From Eubacteriales bacterium (GTDB lineage: Bacteria; Bacillota; Clostridia; Oscillospirales; CAG-272): a stretch of DNA of 35,325 bases. The stretch covers positions 1-35,325 of the forward strand of contig JAZNQU010000110.1 in NCBI GenBank assembly GCA_045590315.1, written 5' to 3'. Made by a program: the position numbers and the translations under genes. Position 1 is the first letter of the stretch. The number at the start of each line of letters is the position of its first letter. Positions 27,974-35,325 of the stretch are shown piece after piece. The notes beneath the pieces were generated by a model. It did not search any database. It was not told the origin of the DNA and saw nothing but the letters and a program-made list of their open reading frames with translations.

Positions 27974-27982
27974 GGTGATGAT

Positions 27983-28597
27983 ATGAAACGGAATATATCT
28001 TTAAATCGAATTGAAGAGAGAATTCGCAACTCGAAAAAGGGTACTATTTTTCTTACTTCTGACTTTGCGGATTTAGCATCATCGGATTCTGCCAACAGAG
28101 CGCTTCTGCGTCTTGAAGAAGCGGGACTTATTCGCAGGATCCTTTTCGGCGTTTACGAATACCCTGATTATAATGAATTTTTAAATGAATATATTGAACC
28201 TTCTCCCGATATGGTCGCACATACATTAGCAAGAAAATTTGGCTGGACTATCGTTCCCTGCGGAGATACTGCACTAAATATGCTCGGACTTTCTACTCAG
28301 GTTCCGGCAGTCTGGAACTATGTGAGCGACGGAACGTATAAAGAATATACTTACGGTAAAACAGTAATCAAATTCAAACGCACGACCAACAAAGAAATTT
28401 CAAAAATTTCATATAAAACCGCGCTTGTAATTCAGGCGTTGAAAGCGCTCGGTAAAGAAAACATCACAGGCGAGATTGTGGGTAAAATCGCAGCAAGTAC
28501 TACGAAAGATGAAAAATCAGCGATGTTCGCTGAAGCCAAATACTCAACATCGTGGATATACGATATTATAAAAGAAATTTGCGGAGGGGCAAAATGA
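27983..28597 (+). CDS. abiEi: AbiEi-like (DUF6088-type) type IV toxin-antitoxin antitoxin / transcriptional regulator
   Basis: N-terminal winged-helix-like segment (ANRALLRLEEAGLIRRILFGVYEYP). About 200 aa, immediately upstream of and overlapping (ATGA) an AbiEii toxin gene. Confidence 0.7.
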   Translation: MKRNISLNRIEERIRNSKKGTIFLTSDFADLASSDSANRALLRLEEAGLIRRILFGVYEYPDYNEFLNEYIEPSPDMVAHTLARKFGWTIVPCGDTALNMLGLSTQVPAVWNYVSDGTYKEYTYGKTVIKFKRTTNKEISKISYKTALVIQALKALGKENITGEIVGKIAASTTKDEKSAMFAEAKYSTSWIYDIIKEICGGAK

Positions 28598-29604
28598 GAA
28601 ATATAGCAACCATACCGGCTCGTGACCGTGAGGCGTTGTTCCGTAATACTGCCGCTAAAATGGGTATGAGCGAAGCAATAATTGAAAAAGATTTTTGGGT
28701 ATGCTATATGCTCGACTATCTTTTTCACCGCTGTGAGTGGAAGGAAAACCTTGCGTTCAAGGGTGGTACAAGCCTTTCCAAAGCATATGGGCTTATCGAG
28801 CGCTTTTCGGAAGACATTGACTTAATTCTCGACTGGCGCATCCTCGGCTATGATATTGACGAGCCCTGGGAAGAGCGCAGTAATACAAAACAGGATATTT
28901 TCAATAAAGAAGCAAACACAAAAGCGGAAGAATTCTTGCGTGAAACATTTTTGCCTGCTTTGTCTGCGGATCTTGTTGCCGAGCTTGGCGACGGTGTGAG
29001 GTGCTTCATCGACCCCGATGATGCACAGACGGTGAAGATTGCATATCCGAATAGCTTTTCGGATATGTCGATTCTTCAGGAGATTCGACTCGAAATCGGT
29101 GCGCTTGCCGCGTGGACCCCGGCAAAGACGGCTACTATCACACCGTATGCTGCGGAGAAATATGCGCGCGTATTCACACAACCGACTACCGAAATATTGA
29201 CCGTTCTGCCCGAGCGAACATTCTGGGAGAAGGTCACAATCCTACATAGAGAAGCATTCAGAGAAGAAAACAGAGCTTTCCCTACGAGGTATTCAAGACA
29301 TTATTATGACTTGTACCGTATGGCGCAGACAAAAGTCAAGGAAAACGCATTGGCAGATGCGGACCTGCTCACGCGGGTAGTAGACTTCAAGGATAAGTTC
29401 TATCGTTGCCCGTGGGCGAGATATGACCTCGCTAAGCGTGGCACAATGCGCCTGATGCCACCCGATTACAACCTTGATAAGCTCCGCGACGACTATGATC
29501 ATATGCAGAATATGCTCTTTGGAGACAAGCCGAGCTTTGAGGAGATTATGGACGGGATAAGGAAGCTTGAGCAAGAAATGAACAGTTTAGCAGAAGGTAG
29601 GTAA
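28594..29604 (+). CDS. abiEii: nucleotidyltransferase AbiEii/AbiGii toxin family protein (DUF1814)
   Basis: Hallmark FKGGTSLSKAYGLIERFSEDIDL motif. GGAGGGG SD lies upstream of ATG 28594, which overlaps the abiEi stop (ATGA). Confidence 0.85.
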   Translation: MRNIATIPARDREALFRNTAAKMGMSEAIIEKDFWVCYMLDYLFHRCEWKENLAFKGGTSLSKAYGLIERFSEDIDLILDWRILGYDIDEPWEERSNTKQDIFNKEANTKAEEFLRETFLPALSADLVAELGDGVRCFIDPDDAQTVKIAYPNSFSDMSILQEIRLEIGALAAWTPAKTATITPYAAEKYARVFTQPTTEILTVLPERTFWEKVTILHREAFREENRAFPTRYSRHYYDLYRMAQTKVKENALADADLLTRVVDFKDKFYRCPWARYDLAKRGTMRLMPPDYNLDKLRDDYDHMQNMLFGDKPSFEEIMDGIRKLEQEMNSLAEGR

Positions 29605-29609
29605 TAGAA

Positions 29610-32054
29610 ATGGCAATCAAAAAGAATGAATTATATAGCTCCTTGTGGGCAAGTTGCGATAAATTGCGCGGAGGTATGGATGCCTCGCAATACAAGGATT
29701 ACATTTTAACATTATTGTTCGTCAAATACGTAACCGACAAATTCAAGGGTGTAAAATATGCTGATATCACTGTCCCCGAGGGCGGTAGCTTTGACGATCT
29801 TGTTGCAATCAAAAATGATCCTAACATTGGTGAAAAGATGGATAAGGTTATTGCCAAGCTTGCAGAAGCCGGCAATAACAATTTGACAGGGGTTATTACC
29901 AACGCCCATTTCAACGACGAGTCCAAATTGGGTAAAGGTCAGGAAATGGTTGATAAACTCACAGGACTTATTGCGATCTTCCAACGTCCTGAATTTGATT
30001 TCAAAAACAACAAGGCAGCAGGTGACGATATTCTTGGTGATGCGTATGAGTATTTGATGCGCAATTTTGCAACCGAAAGCGGCAAAAGCAAAGGACAATT
30101 TTATACCCCTGCCGAGGTTTCCCGTATTCTTGCCAAGGTGATTGGTATTGACAAGGTGGATGATCCCAATACATCGGTTTATGACCCTGCGTGCGGTTCA
30201 GGTTCACTGTTGATTCGCGCGGCTGACGAAGCACCGATTGAGGTTGCTATTTACGGTCAGGAAAAGGAAATTACTACAGCCGGTCTTGCAAAGATGAACC
30301 TTGTTCTTCATAATAAGGCAACAGGTGAAATCTACGCAGGCAACACCTTCTCTGACCCTCACTATAAGGATGATAAGGACGATTCTGTTCTCCGCCGTTT
30401 TGACTTTGCGGTTGCAAATCCTCCGTTCTCACTTAAAAACTGGATGGACGGATTAAAGGATTATGGTCGATTCTCGGGCTACGGCGATACGCCGCCCGAA
30501 AAGAATGGTGACTTTGCATGGCTTTTGCACATTCTCAAATCCCTCAAATCTACAGGTAAAGCAGCGGTTATTCTGCCTCACGGTGTGCTGTTCAGAGGCA
30601 ATGCCGAGGCAACGATCCGCAAATCCATCATTGATAAGGGATATATCAAAGGCATTATTGGTTTGCCTGCAAACCTTTTCTATGGTACAGGTATTCCTGC
30701 GTGTATCATCGTTATTGATAAATCCGATGCGGACGAGCGTACCGGTATCTTTATGATCGATGCAAGCCATGATTACGTTAAGGACGGCAACAAGAACCGT
30801 CTGCGCGAGCAGGACATTTATAAGATCGTTACCACCTTTAACGAGCAAATTACCACAGACCCGAAGTATGCCCGTTTTGTCCCCAATGACGAGATCAAGG
30901 TAAAGAACGATTATAGCCTCAATATCCCTCGCTATATCGATAGCTCCACCCCCGAAGATCTTCAGGATATCGAAGCACATCTGCACGGCGGCATTCCTGC
31001 CGTTGACGTCGATTCTATGGAGAGATATTGGACTCTGTTCCCGAAGCTAAAGGACAAGCTTTTCTCCCCTCTGCGTGACGGTTATTACAGGCTTAACATT
31101 GATAAGGATGATGTGCGTTCCACCGTATATGCTGATGAGGAATTTTCCGCGTATGCCGAGCGCATTGATATGGCGTTCGATGCTTGGATGAACGATGTGG
31201 ACGAAGGTCTGCGCAGCATTGATGAATTCGTAGAACTCAAGAAATACATTGTTGAGCTTTCGGAAATCCTCATTGTCAAATATGCGGACATCGAACTTGT
31301 AGACAAATATGATGTTTATCAGGTTCTTCTTTCCTATTGGTTGGAAATAATGGCTGATGATGTGTTTGTGCTTGTGCAGGACGGATATGAGGCAGGCAGA
31401 GAAACCGAGGATATTTACGAGATTTCCGAGGATAAAAAGACCAAGAAGGAAAAGAAGAAATATAAGGGTTGGGAAGGTAAGTTGATTCCCAAAGCGTTGA
31501 TCGAAGCGGCATTTTTTGCGGCTGAACGCGCGAAAATTGACGAAGCACAGGCAATTTGTGATGAAACACAAGGCAAATTGGACGAGCTTGTTGAGGAGCA
31601 TACCGCAGATGGTGGAGTTCTTGCAGATTACTTGAACGACAAGGATGCGGTGGATGCCAAAGCGGTAAATGCCAAGATCAAGGAACTGAAAAAGACTGAT
31701 CCCAGGAGTGAGGAACTTGCCATTCTTTGCGAATATGCAGCTCTTTCTACCAAGGTTAAGGAATATACCAAGCTTGTCAAGGAGCTGAACGCCGCATTGG
31801 ACGAGGCTTGTAAGGCAAAGTACGCCGAGCTGACCATTGAAGAAATCAAGGAACTTCTCGTTAACCGTAAGTGGTACTATACCATTTTTGAGGGTATCAA
31901 AGCGCTCTACGTAACCACGTCTCACGAAATTGCGGGACGTGTTGCCGAGCTTGCAGAGAGATACGAAGATACGTTGCCGAGCCTTGAAAATGAAGTAGAA
32001 TCCTATGAAGCCAAAGTCAAGGCACATCTTGAGAGGATGGGATTTGTATGGTAA
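29610..32054 (+). CDS. hsdM: type I restriction-modification system methyltransferase subunit (long form, 814 aa)
   Basis: HsdM_N-like N-terminus (LWASCDKLRGGMDASQYKDYILTLLFVKY), SAM motif I DPACGSGSLL, catalytic motif IV NPPF (FAVANPPFS), plus a roughly 330-aa charged helical C-terminal extension. Confidence 0.92.
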   Translation: MAIKKNELYSSLWASCDKLRGGMDASQYKDYILTLLFVKYVTDKFKGVKYADITVPEGGSFDDLVAIKNDPNIGEKMDKVIAKLAEAGNNNLTGVITNAHFNDESKLGKGQEMVDKLTGLIAIFQRPEFDFKNNKAAGDDILGDAYEYLMRNFATESGKSKGQFYTPAEVSRILAKVIGIDKVDDPNTSVYDPACGSGSLLIRAADEAPIEVAIYGQEKEITTAGLAKMNLVLHNKATGEIYAGNTFSDPHYKDDKDDSVLRRFDFAVANPPFSLKNWMDGLKDYGRFSGYGDTPPEKNGDFAWLLHILKSLKSTGKAAVILPHGVLFRGNAEATIRKSIIDKGYIKGIIGLPANLFYGTGIPACIIVIDKSDADERTGIFMIDASHDYVKDGNKNRLREQDIYKIVTTFNEQITTDPKYARFVPNDEIKVKNDYSLNIPRYIDSSTPEDLQDIEAHLHGGIPAVDVDSMERYWTLFPKLKDKLFSPLRDGYYRLNIDKDDVRSTVYADEEFSAYAERIDMAFDAWMNDVDEGLRSIDEFVELKKYIVELSEILIVKYADIELVDKYDVYQVLLSYWLEIMADDVFVLVQDGYEAGRETEDIYEISEDKKTKKEKKKYKGWEGKLIPKALIEAAFFAAERAKIDEAQAICDETQGKLDELVEEHTADGGVLADYLNDKDAVDAKAVNAKIKELKKTDPRSEELAILCEYAALSTKVKEYTKLVKELNAALDEACKAKYAELTIEEIKELLVNRKWYYTIFEGIKALYVTTSHEIAGRVAELAERYEDTLPSLENEVESYEAKVKAHLERMGFVW

Positions 32055-33304
32055 AGCAAGGATATAAGCAGACCGAGATTGGTGTGATCCCGGAGGATTG
32101 GGATGTACGCACATTAGAAACTCTCTATAACATAACTTCGAGCAAACGCGTTTTCCAAAGTCAGTGGAGAAAAGGTGGAATTCCTTTTTACCGCGCAAGA
32201 GAAATTGCGGTTATGAGCGAAGGCAAGCCAGCTCCAGAAGATTTATACATCGATGTAATTCTGTACGATTTGTATACTCGTCAATATGGAAGTATAAAAA
32301 AGGATGATGTGCTAATTACCGGCGTTGGTACATTAGGAAAAGTCTATGTTGTAAAAGAAAACGACCAATTCTATTTCAAAGATGGAAATATTATTTGGCT
32401 TCAGTTTAAGGGTGGTTTTTCTTCTCAATATTTAAAGCATCAATACGATATGCCGGTATTGATAAATCAGGTGTTTGGCAATGCTGGCGGAAGTACGGTG
32501 GCAACATATACAATTACAAACGCAAAATCCACTAAAGTCCCCATTCCTCCTCTTGACGAACAAGAACGCATTGCCGAGGCACTTTCGGATGTGGACAGTA
32601 TGATATCCTCGCTTGAAAAGCTGATTGCAAAGAAAAAAGCCGTCAAGCAAGGCGCAATGCAGGAACTCTTGACGGGTAAAAAGCGATTGCCTGAATTTGA
32701 TGGTGATATAAAGTACAAATCATTAGCATCGTTGTGTACCGTATTTGCGGATGGCGATTGGATAGAGTCCAAAGACCAAAGTAATGATGGTATAAGACTT
32801 ATTCAAACAGGAAATATCGGTGTAGGTAAATACTTAGATAAAACCGACAAACAAAGATTTATATCAACGGATACTTTTGATCGTCTAAAATGTTTAGAAA
32901 TCTTCGAAAACGATGTAATTGTTTCTCGTCTTCCTGAACCCGCAGGCAGAGCATGTATTTTGCCGTATTCTAACAAGCGAAGAATTACGGCTGTAGATTG
33001 CACGATTATTAGATTTGCCGACTATAACCCTATATTATTTGTTGCGTATTCTCAAACAAAACAATATCAAGACAAAGTTGATATGGCGATGGCAGGATCA
33101 ACACGGCAGAGAATAAGCAGAAAAGAATTGGGAGAAATACCGATTCCTGTTTTCCCAACGATCGAAGAGCAAAACGCACTTGCTTCAATCTTTTCCGATA
33201 TGGATAGCGAAATTGATGCCTTGGAGCAGAAGCTCGAAAAAACGCGTCAGATCAAACAAGGCATGATGCAGCAACTGCTGACCGGAAAAATTAGACTTGT
33301 ATAA
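32048..33304 (+). CDS. hsdS: type I restriction-modification system specificity subunit
   Basis: Two variable target-recognition regions separated by conserved helices: PPLDEQERIAEALSDVDSMISSLEKLIAKKKAVKQGAMQELLTGKKRL and PTIEEQNALASIFSDMDSEIDALEQKLEKTRQIKQGMMQQLLTGKIRL. 7-nt overlap with hsdM. Confidence 0.9.
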   Translation: MVKQGYKQTEIGVIPEDWDVRTLETLYNITSSKRVFQSQWRKGGIPFYRAREIAVMSEGKPAPEDLYIDVILYDLYTRQYGSIKKDDVLITGVGTLGKVYVVKENDQFYFKDGNIIWLQFKGGFSSQYLKHQYDMPVLINQVFGNAGGSTVATYTITNAKSTKVPIPPLDEQERIAEALSDVDSMISSLEKLIAKKKAVKQGAMQELLTGKKRLPEFDGDIKYKSLASLCTVFADGDWIESKDQSNDGIRLIQTGNIGVGKYLDKTDKQRFISTDTFDRLKCLEIFENDVIVSRLPEPAGRACILPYSNKRRITAVDCTIIRFADYNPILFVAYSQTKQYQDKVDMAMAGSTRQRISRKELGEIPIPVFPTIEEQNALASIFSDMDSEIDALEQKLEKTRQIKQGMMQQLLTGKIRLV

Positions 33305-33315
33305 AGGAGAATGTT

Positions 33316-35058
33316 ATGGCACGTGTTAAATGGAAGAATCAACAAACTGGAGAAAAAGCACAGTTTATTGCAGAAACGCTTAACGAAGCACTATTTAATT
33401 ATTCATTCGACTCAAATAAAGCACCAACATTAAACACTCATTTCTTTTGCGAAGACTATTTGGCCACATATGCAATGGTAAATGAAGGTATTATGCAAGA
33501 AGGAAATATGGTGCCGCTTAATGAGGAGTTTGAGCATATAGTAACAAATTCTATTTGGATGCCTGCTTGCGTTTCGCCATCGGTTTTAAATTTTCGAAAC
33601 AAACAAGGATTCTTTTGCAACATAAAAGATGATAAAAATTGCAAAAATATAGAAACAGCTAAACGATCCGAATATTATAAAGATTCTGCCAATTACATAT
33701 GTCAACTTCTGTCTTCTGACCAAGATTATTTGTCCCTTATACTAAAAGAAATTAACAATATCCTTCTGTCTTCAACATTTACGTTGGAAGAAAAAACTGT
33801 TTTGTACTTCTGTGTGCGAGAATATGTAAGTGAATTAATAAATTTGGGATATAGCAAAACGCACTTATATATGCAAGTTCAAAATAAACTGTTTAAATAT
33901 AGAACTTCCAAGGATGATGTGAAATATATAATCAAATTTTTATCTTCTTTGCAATCTTCGGAAGAAAAATATTCTGTGATATTTGGCATTTCAGATAAAG
34001 CATATTCTGAATTTGAAGGGTTGATTAACTGCGTAAGAGAAGCAGCTGAGAATGAGAAAGCATCTTTGTCTGCGAATTATGTTGTCGACACAGATAAAAT
34101 AAGGGCTTCTGACCCGGTTTCAGCATTAGAAAGTGCCAAAAAAATGATGTCTACATTTATTGACATATATAATGCGGGAATTCATGATTGCAATATGAGA
34201 ATATTTGATAATGGATTGGTGAAAGCAGAGGAAGGCGAGAATTATGTGTTGATAAACGATTCGATTAACTTACTCACCAAAAATCCTATTAAAACCAAAG
34301 AAGAACGCCAAAAATGGATAAAAGTTGCTGTTCAAAGGAATATTACTCCTTCTGTAGTTGCAGCATTTGATTTGCATAATAATGCGTTACAAATATGTGA
34401 GCCAAGTACGCAATTACTATCTCTTTGGACAATAATCGAAGTGATCATAGAAACAAAGCAAAATTTTATGAGTCGCTCCAATTATATAACCAATATTTTA
34501 TGTGATATTTTGTGCAGTACATATTTTCACCGATGTATATCTGCACTACATACTCAAATTACTCATTTTCCTGGAATTAAAGCAATCATCGACTCTGAAC
34601 CTCGCGGTAATGATACTGTTGAAAAACTTGCTTTGATTTTGAAGGATAATACAGCATTACAAACATCCTTAATTTCAAAATTGAAAAAATATCCCTTAGA
34701 AGCATATAAAATCGAGCATTTCTCTAATTTGTTCGGAAGCAAAGAACGAATGGCATCAAATATTATTAGACACTCAAATCGTTTAAGATGGCAAATTATG
34801 AGAATATATCGAAACAGATGTATGATAGTACACAATGGTAGTAATTTTCCGTATATAAACAGTATTTTGGAAAATTTGCACTTCTATATTGATGAATTGT
34901 TTGATTATATTTTGCTCAAAACAGATGTCGGTCTAAAAGATTTAGAGGCAATATTTGCATGTGCAAGGATAAAACAAAGCGAAACAGTGTCGATTTTAAG
35001 TGATAAAAAAACTACACTTAGTGATGATGAATATATTGATATGATATTCAAGTATTAA
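33316..35058 (+). CDS. uncharacterised 580-aa protein with a C-terminal HEPN-like Rx4-6H motif (putative RNase), embedded between hsdS and hsdR
   Basis: Long uninterrupted ORF with AAGGAG 6 nt upstream of the ATG. C-terminal RLRWQIMRIY-R499-N-R501-CMIV-H506-NG. No P-loop and no other recognisable motif. Very AT-rich. Confidence that it is coding is high; confidence in the HEPN assignment is moderate. Confidence 0.6.
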   Translation: MARVKWKNQQTGEKAQFIAETLNEALFNYSFDSNKAPTLNTHFFCEDYLATYAMVNEGIMQEGNMVPLNEEFEHIVTNSIWMPACVSPSVLNFRNKQGFFCNIKDDKNCKNIETAKRSEYYKDSANYICQLLSSDQDYLSLILKEINNILLSSTFTLEEKTVLYFCVREYVSELINLGYSKTHLYMQVQNKLFKYRTSKDDVKYIIKFLSSLQSSEEKYSVIFGISDKAYSEFEGLINCVREAAENEKASLSANYVVDTDKIRASDPVSALESAKKMMSTFIDIYNAGIHDCNMRIFDNGLVKAEEGENYVLINDSINLLTKNPIKTKEERQKWIKVAVQRNITPSVVAAFDLHNNALQICEPSTQLLSLWTIIEVIIETKQNFMSRSNYITNILCDILCSTYFHRCISALHTQITHFPGIKAIIDSEPRGNDTVEKLALILKDNTALQTSLISKLKKYPLEAYKIEHFSNLFGSKERMASNIIRHSNRLRWQIMRIYRNRCMIVHNGSNFPYINSILENLHFYIDELFDYILLKTDVGLKDLEAIFACARIKQSETVSILSDKKTTLSDDEYIDMIFKY

Positions 35059-35070
35059 AGGAGGAACAAA

Positions 35071-35325
35071 ATGCCTCAAATTGACCAAATAGAAAAAGAA
35101 ACACAAAACCGTGTTATAAAATTCTTTGTGGACAAGCTCCATTATACATATCTCGGCGACCTGCACGATAGTGAAAACAGCAATATCATGCAGGAGCGTC
35201 TCTATGCCTATTTGACTAACAAGGGTGGCTATTCGGACAAACTGGCTCGCCGCGCGATTGATGAGCTTGTACGCACTGCGGGCAACCTCCAGCACGGTCT
35301 TTATGATGCCAATAAAGAGGTTTAC
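35071..35325 (+). CDS. hsdR: type I restriction endonuclease subunit R, N-terminal 85 codons (3' end outside the window)
   Basis: Not in the ORF track because there is no stop in the window. AAGGAGG lies 6 nt upstream of ATG 35071, and the frame is open to the window end. The N-terminus (EKETQNRVIKFFVDKLHYTYLGDL....NSNI....L...L...GY) resembles HsdR N-terminal regions, and it completes the hsdM-hsdS set. Confidence 0.7.
   Translation, partial: MPQIDQIEKETQNRVIKFFVDKLHYTYLGDLHDSENSNIMQERLYAYLTNKGGYSDKLARRAIDELVRTAGNLQHGLYDANKEVY

Larger units (their letters stand above)
27606..35325 (+). other. tRNA-Trp-adjacent defence island (AbiE + type I RM + HEPN-like ORF); distal end outside the window
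   Basis: Gene content switches from housekeeping to defence genes directly after the tRNA. Composition is mosaic and AT-rich. No integrase is visible in the window. Confidence 0.55.

Noticed and set aside
30453-30986. 177-aa minus-strand ORF inside hsdM
   Set aside because: It is antisense to the catalytic core of hsdM (the NPPF region), has no motif, and is probably a chance open frame.
29610-32054. Interpreting the 814-aa methyltransferase as a type IIG/IIL or BREX PglX-like fused enzyme
   Set aside because: A separate canonical two-TRD hsdS overlaps its stop, and an hsdR start follows in the same operon. The N-terminus is HsdM_N-like, and no nuclease or BREX companion genes are present.
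31047-32198. 383-aa ORF on the minus strand spanning the hsdM 3' end and the hsdS start
   Set aside because: It is entirely antisense to two well-supported genes. The translation is low-complexity (F/L/I/K/N-rich), as expected from reading a GAA/AAG-rich coiled-coil region backwards. It has no SD or recognisable motif.
33316-35058. Calling the 580-aa ORF a direct PrrC or RloC homologue
   Set aside because: PrrC and RloC have an N-terminal ABC-type NTPase domain with a Walker A motif. No GxxxxGK[ST] motif is present anywhere in this protein. Only the genomic position and the HEPN-like motif are analogous.
1-35325. CRISPR arrays, IS elements or transposases, integrases, rRNA genes
   Set aside because: No spaced direct-repeat arrays were found. 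No DDE, tyrosine or serine recombinase-like ORFs appear in the six-frame track, and there is no rRNA-like sequence. The only repeats found are the 18-bp tandem and short hairpins.

Overview
The window comes from a low-GC Gram-positive, Clostridia-like chromosome, and about three quarters of it is ordinary housekeeping sequence. On the + strand the order is ispA(partial)-DUF212-tlyA-nadK-argR-recN-murB-rapZ-whiA-dnaE, then a DUF554 membrane protein, a class A PBP, TspO, a DUF4430 lipoprotein and fba. On the - strand lie a small PPase-like gene, murD, pyk, a DEDD exonuclease and comEC. Two segments look accessory. (1) From about 17.56 to 19.5 kb an AT-rich insert replaces the 3' end of fba. It carries its own near-consensus promoter, a COG1373-type AAA ATPase (DUF4143) and an orphan secreted protein. 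(2) Immediately downstream of a tRNA-Trp gene (27530-27605) a defence island runs to the window edge. It is one tightly packed, co-directional six-gene unit: abiEi-like antitoxin, abiEii nucleotidyltransferase toxin, long hsdM, hsdS, an uncharacterised 580-aa AT-rich ORF, and hsdR (partial). The most interesting candidate is that 580-aa ORF. It occupies the position PrrC holds in the E. coli prr/EcoprrI locus, has no NTPase motif, and ends in a HEPN-like RN-R-x4-H motif. This suggests a restriction-modification (RM)-embedded abortive-infection RNase of an undescribed type. The only recognisable promoter of the unit is bracketed by a perfect 9-bp inverted repeat, a likely AbiEi operator. All functional calls rest on motif recognition by eye; no database search was run.
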